Positions 47,089 to 55,207 of a DNA stretch of 64,000 nt are shown piece after piece. Below the pieces are notes generated by a model. The model searched no databases. It was not told the DNA's origin and saw only the letters and a program-made list of their open reading frames with translations. The DNA is from Patescibacteria group bacterium (GTDB lineage: Bacteria > Patescibacteriota > Microgenomatia > UBA1400 > PJMF01). The position numbers were made by a program, and so were the translations under genes. Within the stretch, counting starts at the first letter, position 1. Every line of letters begins with the position of its first letter. Location: the NCBI GenBank assembly GCA_016861205.1, contig BOKX01000001.1, forward strand, positions 603,434 through 667,433. The letters run 5' to 3'.

Positions 47089-47894
47089 CTGAGCTCAACT
47101 ACCCGCTGCGAGCGGTTATTTTGGCTGGCGGCCTCGGCACCCGCCTGCGAGAAGTCACCCACGGCCTGATTCCTAAAGCTGCCGTTACCATCGAACCAAG
47201 TAACCGCACACCTGGCTATCAGTACTTGATCGATGTCTGCCGCTATCTTGGCATCACCGATATCGCCTTGGTGGCAGACACTTTTCTGGAGTACTACCAG
47301 CAGCAACTGCCAACCAATCGCGATGTTCACCTCATTCACCAACACCGCTACCCCAACACTGGGGGAGCCATTTGGGAAGCTATGCAAACGCTTGATGCGC
47401 ATCACCAGTTGTTGCTCCTCAGTTCAGACTTCATCTTCGCCCCGAGTGACCTGCGCCGGTTGCTAACTGCCCACCAACCGGGGCAGTTGACTTGGGCCAC
47501 CTTGCCGCTGGGGCAACCTGAGATGGCCGGCTACGAAGGTCTGCTGGTCGACACTGATCATCAAGTCTGGGGTGATACCCAACTGACGCCCGATCTGACC
47601 CCACTAGCTGAAGCTCAGCCTGTCACTAAACTCGGCATCCAAATCGTCGATCCCTGCTTAGTCACCACCGCACTTGAACTCGCTGCCACCACCACCGACA
47701 ACGAACACCAGCTTTTCGACTGGTACTGGACTCTCTGCCCTCTGCTCGAAAGTCACAACTACCACCGGCTAGTGGCTGGCCAACCGTCGCACATCACGGC
47801 GGTGGAGTTTGCCCACCCTGCCCTTGATTATGGAACTCCAGAAAGGTTAGCGTTGGCCAGATGGTGGACTGGTCTGCTGAAACTCTATGCTTGA
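47085..47894 (+). CDS. Nucleotidyltransferase (NTP_transferase family)
   Basis: AVILAGGLGTRLREVT...IPKA, NTGGAI, DYGTPE; ATGA overlap with the upstream gene. Confidence 0.88.
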   Translation: MTELNYPLRAVILAGGLGTRLREVTHGLIPKAAVTIEPSNRTPGYQYLIDVCRYLGITDIALVADTFLEYYQQQLPTNRDVHLIHQHRYPNTGGAIWEAMQTLDAHHQLLLLSSDFIFAPSDLRRLLTAHQPGQLTWATLPLGQPEMAGYEGLLVDTDHQVWGDTQLTPDLTPLAEAQPVTKLGIQIVDPCLVTTALELAATTTDNEHQLFDWYWTLCPLLESHNYHRLVAGQPSHITAVEFAHPALDYGTPERLALARWWTGLLKLYA

Positions 47895-48420
47895 ACCAAC
47901 CTATCGCTACTGTCCACAATGCGCCTCATTCTTGCGACTAAAAGTCATTGATCGTCTGACACGCCAAGTTTGTACCAGTTGTGGCTGGATCAAGTACTTA
48001 CATACCCCGATCGTGGGGGTGGTGATTTTGCAAAATCATAAAGGCCAAATCTTACTGGTCCAACGTGCCCAAGCTCCATTCAAAGGTCAGTGGAGTTTGC
48101 CTGGTGGGTTTGCTGAGTTTGGCGAACATCCGCTCGACACCGCCCAGCGCGAGCTACGGGAAGAAACGGGCTTGGTCGTCACCGACTTGAGCATCGTTAA
48201 CGTGTACATCAGTGATGAACACCCGACCACCAACTCGCTGGTGGTGGTGTGTCAGGCCGTGTTGCCCAAAGCTCCGCGGCGAGTGACCGCCCACGACGAC
48301 ATTGTTCAGGCCACTTGGTTTAAACCAAACCTTGAACAACTGCCACCACTCGCTTTTGCCACTCAACAGTTAGCTCTTACATCTTGGCTCACCAGCCAGA
48401 AAGGTCACCATGACTCATAA
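47887..48420 (+). CDS. NUDIX hydrolase with N-terminal zinc ribbon
   Basis: YCPQC...CTSCG, LPGGFAEFGEHPLDTAQRELREETG. Confidence 0.92.
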   Translation: MLEPTYRYCPQCASFLRLKVIDRLTRQVCTSCGWIKYLHTPIVGVVILQNHKGQILLVQRAQAPFKGQWSLPGGFAEFGEHPLDTAQRELREETGLVVTDLSIVNVYISDEHPTTNSLVVVCQAVLPKAPRRVTAHDDIVQATWFKPNLEQLPPLAFATQQLALTSWLTSQKGHHDS

Positions 48421-48685
48421 TCTTGAACTCCGTGCCTTGTCGACACAGCCACCGACAGCCGAACACCCAACGCCAGAACCAGAGTACCTGCTGCTCATCG
48501 GTCCCCACACGCTGCTGGCTACCCTAGAAAGCTACGCTGCCGCACTAACTGATCAGCTGGGTGAAACTGCTGGCCACCGCACTTCCGTCCCTGCCAGCGA
48601 TGGCTGGCGACACAAAATCAGAATTGAGCTAACAGGTCCGCTACCCAAACCAGTCAGTGAACTAGCAAAGAGCATTGGTTTGTAA
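48410..48685 (+). CDS. Hypothetical protein
   Basis: Overlaps the NUDIX stop; SD-like AAAGG before the ATG. Confidence 0.55.
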   Translation: MTHNLELRALSTQPPTAEHPTPEPEYLLLIGPHTLLATLESYAAALTDQLGETAGHRTSVPASDGWRHKIRIELTGPLPKPVSELAKSIGL

Positions 48686-48787
48686 TTTTCCTCACACTCG
48701 AGCTGTAATTTGATAGCTAAACGCTACCTTGTGTCAGACACTCAGGTAGTTCACAATTCCCGAGGGTTTTCATACGAAAGGATCACG

Positions 48788-49231
48788 ATGGGCGGACCCG
48801 CGCTAGCTGAACGCAACTTAGTACACACTTCTTCACCGCCCGATATTCCGTTTTTAACCCACGAGCTCATACCTCACTCAGCCAACCAAGCGCCCAGCGG
48901 TGAAGTGGTAGTAGTCTACCCCGGTGATACGCTGCTCCAAACCATCTCATACTGTGTTCAAAATACCGAGATCATGGTGACGCTCACGAACTTGGTCTTG
49001 GATCGCCCGGCACCGGCTGGGTACATTCCGGTGGAAACGACGATGAAACAGCACCGCCACAATGGCCACACCACAGCAAGTGAGACACCGGCAGACGAAT
49101 CGGCCGACGACTCGGCAGAAAACACCACTGATCACAAAGTGACTGGTTTACTCTCTGTCGGATTTTATGGTTTGGCGAACGGCACGCGATTGGTGTACCA
49201 ACCAACTAGGCCCGCTGCTCAGCCTGATTAA
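48788..49231 (+). CDS. Hypothetical protein
   Basis: AAAGGA SD before ATG 48788; acidic low-complexity loop. Confidence 0.5.
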   Translation: MGGPALAERNLVHTSSPPDIPFLTHELIPHSANQAPSGEVVVVYPGDTLLQTISYCVQNTEIMVTLTNLVLDRPAPAGYIPVETTMKQHRHNGHTTASETPADESADDSAENTTDHKVTGLLSVGFYGLANGTRLVYQPTRPAAQPD

Positions 49232-50129
49232 AGAAAGCGGCGGTGAGTAAGTAGCGAATCAGCCACCGTTGGTACGCAGGTTTTGCATGATTGGGATCCT
49301 TCAGAGCTTCCAGCACCTTGGGGCCAAATCGTTTTTCGAGCCGCTCAAATTTTTGTGTGTGCACTAAACGCGAGTAGGTGTGACCTTTAACTTCATAGGT
49401 TGCATCTAAGTAGTACTTGAGAGCATCAACTATCAATAACCACTGATCACCAGTGCGCCGTAGGACTAAACTACTGTTTGCCCAGTAATTCCGGCTTGGT
49501 ATCTCCATAGCAATATCGTTGGTCTTCATCAGTCGTAATGCTTCGACTTCGTCAAGCTCATACCTGAAAATAACTTGTTGGTTTGGTTGTCTAAAAAACT
49601 TGCTGACGTAGTAATCACAGACGGCTTCCCGCAACTCTAAGTTGTACTCATCGAGTTTAATCAAAACATGCATTAGCTCGTGGCAGGTCAGTAACATATG
49701 GGTCATGCATGTAAAGTCATGATCACGCTGACGAGCCGGTGGGTAGATCGGTGCTACGCCAGTCGCTACCAATGGAATGGTGGGGACTTCGTGCTCAGCA
49801 CCATTATCTAGAACCAGATTTAAAATTGAGAAACCTTTTAGCACTATCCGGTCATCTACCGGTTCAAGCTGATTATCTATGATCATATCCTGCAGTAATC
49901 CCACCTGTGATGAATCAGCTTGCGTCAAATGTTCGAGGGTAGCCCACGCTGCGTCACTCCGCAGTGGAATCCTTGAGCCAGCTAGTTCTTGCTCCATAAA
50001 GGTTAGAAAGGCCCGACCAGTTTCGTAAATTGCTGCGTGCTCCGTGGGTGACGTGCCTTCAATTTCCAGTCGCCAGGCGTCGATCAAATCAGTTGTCGCT
50101 GCCTGCGACATATCTAGTTCTGGTTTCAT
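49206..50129 (-). CDS. Hypothetical protein with HExxH zinc-metallopeptidase motif
   Basis: CHELMH...LREAVCDYY (gluzincin-like). Confidence 0.65.
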   Translation of the reverse strand: MKPELDMSQAATTDLIDAWRLEIEGTSPTEHAAIYETGRAFLTFMEQELAGSRIPLRSDAAWATLEHLTQADSSQVGLLQDMIIDNQLEPVDDRIVLKGFSILNLVLDNGAEHEVPTIPLVATGVAPIYPPARQRDHDFTCMTHMLLTCHELMHVLIKLDEYNLELREAVCDYYVSKFFRQPNQQVIFRYELDEVEALRLMKTNDIAMEIPSRNYWANSSLVLRRTGDQWLLIVDALKYYLDATYEVKGHTYSRLVHTQKFERLEKRFGPKVLEALKDPNHAKPAYQRWLIRYLLTAAFFNQAEQRA

Positions 50130-50137
50130 AGAAAACG

Positions 50138-51289
50138 TTAATCCAAAAAGTCTTGGAGCATTTTGCGGCGGCTGGGGTGCTTCAACTTGCGCAGAGCCTT
50201 GGCTTCAATTTGCCGAATGCGTTCACGCGTCACGCCAAACTTTTGGCCGACTTCTTCTAAGGTCATCATTTTGTTGCCACTCAGACCAAACCGCATCCGC
50301 AGCACTTTGGCCTCACGGTCGGACAGCGCACTGAGCACCTCTTCGATGTTCTCGCGCAGCATTTGTTGACTGGTAGCTTCGTACGGTGAAATTTGGCGAT
50401 CATCAGCGATGAAGTCACCGAGCACACTGTCATCATCACTCTCACCCACTGGTGATTCGAGTGACGTGGTGTTTTGAGAAATCTTCAAAATCTCTCGGAC
50501 CTTATCGGCGTCCATGCCCTCCATGGCTGCGGCAATTTCTTCGGGGGTGGGCTCGCGACCCAACTCCTGCATCAGCTTGCGGGCGGTACGCATCAGCTTG
50601 TTGATGGTCTCGACCATGTGCACTGGAATACGGATGGTCCGAGCTTGGTCAGCGATAGCGCGGGTAATGGCTTGGCGAATCCACCAGGTGGCGTAGGTTG
50701 AGAACTTGAAACCTTTGGTCCAGTCGTACTTTTCGACGGCCCGGATCAAACCTTTATTACCTTCTTGGATCAAGTCCAAAAACGTCATGCCTCGGCCGAT
50801 GTACTTTTTGGCAATAGAAACCACCAACCGCAAGTTGGATGCTGTCAGTTTCTCTTTGGCTTTCAGATCACCAGCCTCAGCTTTTTGAGCCAACCGAATT
50901 TCGTCTTCCCGATTGAGCAACGGAATGCGGCCGATCTCTTTGAGGTACATCCGCACTGGGTCGGACACACCGTCTGTTTCCAGCGATGACAACACGTCCA
51001 GCTCGCGCTGCAACACATCAGTGTCATCAACTTTGGTGTCTTCAGATACTGACTCAAAAATATCGATACTGTCTTGGAGAATCTGGGCGTAAAAATCATC
51101 CAGCTCATCGAGGTACAACTCAGGCTCAACGAACACGTCCAAGACTTCGTCTTGGGTTACAAACCCACGTTGTTTGGCTTTTTTGAGCAGGTCTTGAATA
51201 TCCTGCAACAAAGCCTTGGGCACACTTGGTGTCTTAGTAGCTGACTTGGCAGTTGATTTAGTGGCAGATTTGGTTGATTTAGAAGGCAT
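50138..51289 (-). CDS. rpoD: RNA polymerase sigma factor RpoD
   Basis: [52 protein letters not shown]. Confidence 0.98.
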   Translation of the reverse strand: MPSKSTKSATKSTAKSATKTPSVPKALLQDIQDLLKKAKQRGFVTQDEVLDVFVEPELYLDELDDFYAQILQDSIDIFESVSEDTKVDDTDVLQRELDVLSSLETDGVSDPVRMYLKEIGRIPLLNREDEIRLAQKAEAGDLKAKEKLTASNLRLVVSIAKKYIGRGMTFLDLIQEGNKGLIRAVEKYDWTKGFKFSTYATWWIRQAITRAIADQARTIRIPVHMVETINKLMRTARKLMQELGREPTPEEIAAAMEGMDADKVREILKISQNTTSLESPVGESDDDSVLGDFIADDRQISPYEATSQQMLRENIEEVLSALSDREAKVLRMRFGLSGNKMMTLEEVGQKFGVTRERIRQIEAKALRKLKHPSRRKMLQDFLD

Positions 51290-51369
51290 AACGGATTCCA
51301 TATTATACACTAGATTGATATATCAGAGAGTGGCAAGTCTGCGAACAACAATGTTACACTCATCACCAT

Positions 51370-51903
51370 ATGATTGAGACCGAAGCTCCCAAATCACTTG
51401 GCATAGCAGACAGTATTCTTGAGTCGATTGGTCAGGCTGACTTCATTTCTCGATCAGGTCAAAAAATGAGATATGTTAACTCAGAAAATGAGATTAGCAT
51501 ATATACCTATGATGCCGACATCACCAAGCTCAGCATACAAATTGACAGCGATGGCTTCATCCATTTTGACGTTTACACCAAAGGCTACAAGGGTGATCCA
51601 AACCTGAAACACCCTGATTTTTTTGCTAAAGAGTTTATGCAAAAAGCTATAGCCATATTCCGAAAAAGAGGCTACCGCATCCGTGGTTTCAAGTCTACTT
51701 GGCTCAACTTTGGCAACTTCACCAGTGACAACACCCTCGCTTATCTCAGCAATAAGCAAGCTGGAATGCCCGCCGCCGAAGCTGCTCTTAACACATGGAG
51801 TGGCAAACTAGCCAAATCCTTCGGCTTCAAAAAAGTAACTCAGGTTGAAGAAGACAGTACCACATCTGGCGAGTTGATCTCTGTTGACGTCACCTTTGAG
51901 TAA
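51370..51903 (+). CDS. Hypothetical protein
   Basis: Extended -10 TGTTACACT 9 nt before the ATG; motif AALNTWSGKLAKSFGF. Confidence 0.7.
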   Translation: MIETEAPKSLGIADSILESIGQADFISRSGQKMRYVNSENEISIYTYDADITKLSIQIDSDGFIHFDVYTKGYKGDPNLKHPDFFAKEFMQKAIAIFRKRGYRIRGFKSTWLNFGNFTSDNTLAYLSNKQAGMPAAEAALNTWSGKLAKSFGFKKVTQVEEDSTTSGELISVDVTFE

Positions 51904-51914
51904 CTTGCTCGGGT

Positions 51915-53225
51915 CTAGACCACGCCTCGCAGCATCATGGCATCAACCACTCGCTTAATCGCGGTCATGTAAGTCGCCATTCGGCCAGGTTGGTTGGTTT
52001 GCTCGCGCATGGCCCACATCTCGCCGAAGGCTTTGACCATCAATGGCTTGAGCTTGGAAATGACTTCCTCGTGCGTCCAGCTGTACCCTTGCAAGTTTTG
52101 CACCCACTCAAAGTATGAGGTAGTCACGCCACCGGCATTGGCCAAGACATCGGGCACTAACACCACGCCATTTTTGGCTAAGATCTCGTCAGCCTCCGGG
52201 GTGACTGGACCATTGGCCATCTCGATGATGGCTTTGGCTTGAATACGACCGGCGTTTTCAGCCGTGATGACGTTTTCCAAAGCAGCGGGCACAATGATGT
52301 CGACTGGCAGTTCCAGCAGCTCTGCATTAGTCAGCACTTTACCCTGTGAAGGATCACAGACACCATCTACACACATACACTCAGCAATACTGCCAAATTT
52401 TTTCTTGCACTCTAGCGTTTTAGCTACGTCCAAACCTTTTTCGACGTAGATGGCCCCCTTGGAGTCTGACACCGCTACCACACGGTAACCGAGTCGATCA
52501 GCATGATAAGCAAACCAATAGCCAACATTACCGAAACCTTGTACGGCGATAGAGACATCTTGTTTGCGCAAACCTAGTTTGGCCACCAACTCTTCCAGCA
52601 CAAACACGCCACCCAAACCGGTGGCTTCTTCTCGACCTTCCGACCCACCCAGCATCACCGGCTTACCAGTGAAGGTGGCTAACGGATTTTCGAGCAACTG
52701 ACCTTTACTCTGCAGCGCTTGCTGGTACTCATCAACCATCCACGCCATGATCTGACCAGTGGTGTTGACGTCAGGCGCGGGAATGTCCTGCCACGGTCCG
52801 ATGTGATCGGCCACTAGCTGCACATATGCGCGACTCAGCCGCTCTAGCTCACCAGTCGACAGTTCGCGAGGGTTCACAATCACTCCCCCTTTACCGCCAC
52901 CATAAGGAATGCCGGTCACCGCGCACTTCCACGTCATCCAGGTTGATAGGGCTTTGACCTCGGATAAACTCACATCTTGGTGATAGCGAATACCACCTTT
53001 GTAGGGTCCGCGGGCGTTGTTGTGCTGGGCGCGGTAGGCTTGAAACTGCTTGGTGCTGCCATCATCCATCTTAACTGACAACTCAGCCTCGATGACTCGA
53101 TCTGGTTCGCTCAATTTAGTGATCGCTTGGTCAAACCGATCAGCTTGATCGGCGTACTGGGGACGCAGCAACTCTGCGACTTGGTGCAGCTGCTGCACAG
53201 CATTGGCATGAGGATCATTTGACAT
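51915..53225 (-). CDS. gdhA: Glu/Leu/Phe/Val dehydrogenase (glutamate dehydrogenase)
   Basis: GPYKGGIRY, GGGKGG, DIPAPDV, QGFGNVG, EMANGP, NAGGVTTSYFEWVQN. Confidence 0.95.
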   Translation of the reverse strand: MSNDPHANAVQQLHQVAELLRPQYADQADRFDQAITKLSEPDRVIEAELSVKMDDGSTKQFQAYRAQHNNARGPYKGGIRYHQDVSLSEVKALSTWMTWKCAVTGIPYGGGKGGVIVNPRELSTGELERLSRAYVQLVADHIGPWQDIPAPDVNTTGQIMAWMVDEYQQALQSKGQLLENPLATFTGKPVMLGGSEGREEATGLGGVFVLEELVAKLGLRKQDVSIAVQGFGNVGYWFAYHADRLGYRVVAVSDSKGAIYVEKGLDVAKTLECKKKFGSIAECMCVDGVCDPSQGKVLTNAELLELPVDIIVPAALENVITAENAGRIQAKAIIEMANGPVTPEADEILAKNGVVLVPDVLANAGGVTTSYFEWVQNLQGYSWTHEEVISKLKPLMVKAFGEMWAMREQTNQPGRMATYMTAIKRVVDAMMLRGVV

Positions 53226-53334
53226 ACACTCCTTTGGGCATGATGGTTAAGTAAATCATGTCGAATCACTTCTTAATTGACGCGCAACTGACATCAGCTC
53301 ACTTGCCACAGTAGGACCAAATGAGCAGGCACGA

Positions 53335-54405
53335 TTACTGTTGTTCAAGCCACCGCTCGGCATCGAGCGCCGCTGCGCAACCTTGGCCGGCCGCGGTGAT
53401 AGCTTGTTTGTAGCGCACGTCGACTACATCACCAGCTGCGAACACTCCTTCAACTGAAGTCATAGTTGGGAAAGCCACTAACTGTCGGTCATCGATGGCC
53501 GCTTGAGCCAGCTTAACGCCGGCGACCGAGGCGCTTTGTCGAGTCAAAATATACCCATGATCGTCCAAAGCCACCTGGTCAACAAACAAACTCGTGACCG
53601 GCCGGTGGCCGATAGCCACAAACACGCCCTCTGCAGGCAAAGTTTGTGTCGTACCAGCCTGTGTGTCTTTGACCACGATGTGAGTTAGGTGGTCACTGCC
53701 TTCAATTTTCTCGACGACACTATTCCATATGACTTTGACTTTAGGATGATTGAGCACTCGTTCTTGCATGATTTTGCTGGCTTTGAACGCCTCGCGGCGG
53801 TGAATAATTGTCACCGAACTAGCAAACTTGGTCAGCGCCAAAGCATCTTCCATAGCACTGTCGCCACCGCCCACCACAAACGTGACTTTGTCACGATAAA
53901 ACGCAGCGTCACAGACTGCACACGTGCTCAGTCCCTTGCCGTAAAACTCTTTTTCACCTGGGACACCTAGCATGATCGAGCTGGCACCTGTACTCAAAAT
54001 CAAACTTTCAGCCATCACAGCCGGCTCGGCTTGCATCACCGTTGCCCGCATGGCCTTAGCCTCATCGGGTCCCAGTTTGGCAAACTCATCGGGAGCCACA
54101 TCAGCAGGTAAATTCGTCCAAATCTTGAAGGGTCGGGCTGACAGATCAACAGCGGTCACGTACTCGTCCCGAATCTCGGTTCCAAATCGAGCCGCTTGCT
54201 CGCGCATGGTCCACATCAGTTCCGGGCCTTGGATGCCATCTTTGAATCCGGGGAAGTTCTCCACTTCCGTCGTGTTCATCAGCTGGCCACCTGCTTGGAA
54301 ACCCGCGTACTGAACTGTCGATAACTTGGCTCGTGAAGTGTAGATAGCCGCGGTATAGCCGGATGGACCGGCTCCAATAATCACGACTTGCTTTTGATCT
54401 GGCAC
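53335..54405 (-). CDS. trxB: Thioredoxin reductase
   Basis: GAGPSG, VENFPG, CAVCD, GGGDSA, TSVEGVFAAGD, QAITAAGQGC. Confidence 0.96.
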   Translation of the reverse strand: MPDQKQVVIIGAGPSGYTAAIYTSRAKLSTVQYAGFQAGGQLMNTTEVENFPGFKDGIQGPELMWTMREQAARFGTEIRDEYVTAVDLSARPFKIWTNLPADVAPDEFAKLGPDEAKAMRATVMQAEPAVMAESLILSTGASSIMLGVPGEKEFYGKGLSTCAVCDAAFYRDKVTFVVGGGDSAMEDALALTKFASSVTIIHRREAFKASKIMQERVLNHPKVKVIWNSVVEKIEGSDHLTHIVVKDTQAGTTQTLPAEGVFVAIGHRPVTSLFVDQVALDDHGYILTRQSASVAGVKLAQAAIDDRQLVAFPTMTSVEGVFAAGDVVDVRYKQAITAAGQGCAAALDAERWLEQQ

Positions 54406-54456
54406 GCTGACTCCTTTAGTTGTTTTGTTAGTAGGTTGGTACGCCGCTACGATTGA

Positions 54457-54840
54457 CTAGGCCTTAGCAGTCGCACCGGTGGCTTTGTCCAGCATTTGGC
54501 GATAACCAGCTTCACCTGGGAAACCGATCTTCCGATCAATTTCTTTCATTTGGTCACCATCTTTTTTCATGACGACTACTGTGGGAATGCTCATCACTCC
54601 AAATTGGCGAGCCGTGTCGTTGTTCTCGTCGACATCGAGCTTAACCAACATTGCTTGATCAGCATACTCGAGTGATAACTTGTCGATAACTGGACCAGCC
54701 AGTTTGCAGGGACCACACCAGGTTGCAAAAAAATCGATCATGATTGGTTTGTCGCCAGCTGACTTGAAAAGAGCCATCAGCTCCTCACCGGTAACGTGTT
54801 GAGCACCGGTTTGACCGGTGGTTGGGTTGGCTTGTGCCAT
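54457..54840 (-). CDS. trxA: Thioredoxin
   Basis: DFFATWCGPCK, SIPT; SD GAGGAG. Confidence 0.95.
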   Translation of the reverse strand: MAQANPTTGQTGAQHVTGEELMALFKSAGDKPIMIDFFATWCGPCKLAGPVIDKLSLEYADQAMLVKLDVDENNDTARQFGVMSIPTVVVMKKDGDQMKEIDRKIGFPGEAGYRQMLDKATGATAKA

Positions 54841-54905
54841 ACTTCCTCCTCGCCGCGCCAATGGCACGGACTTATACATGTACTTGGTCGTTACAAACCG
54901 CTCGC

Positions 54906-55175
54906 TTAGTAGCGAAACACTTCCGCCAAAATAGCCTCTAGCTCAGAGATTTTCCGCTCACGTGAGCACCGACTGGCCTCACTGGTCAGTAAATCTCTCG
55001 CCACTCGACCAAGTGAACTGCGAGCCGCAATCACTTGATGGACAATGTCAACACAGGCGCGCTCTGTTTGGTACATGGCAATAATGCCATCCAGCTGGCC
55101 GCGGATCCGCTTCAATTGCGTGAGCACTCGGTCAGAAGAGCCGGCTTGGCCTAGTTGATCATCGGTTGGTAACAT
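54906..55175 (-). CDS. CsoR/RcnR-family regulator
   Basis: LKRIRGQLDGI...CVDIVHQVIAARSSL...SEASRC. Confidence 0.92.
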   Translation of the reverse strand: MLPTDDQLGQAGSSDRVLTQLKRIRGQLDGIIAMYQTERACVDIVHQVIAARSSLGRVARDLLTSEASRCSRERKISELEAILAEVFRY

Positions 55176-55185
55176 GGGTCAAAGA

Positions 55186-55200
55186 TACCCCTAGGGGGTA
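55186..55200. promoter_or_regulatory. CsoR-family operator
   Basis: TACCCC-TAG-GGGGTA C/G-tract palindrome 10 bp upstream of the regulator start. Confidence 0.85.
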
Positions 55201-55207
55201 TATATTG

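Noticed and set aside
51230-51285. [16 protein letters not shown] repeats at the RpoD N-terminus
   Set aside because: Low-complexity basic tails are common in primary sigma factors.
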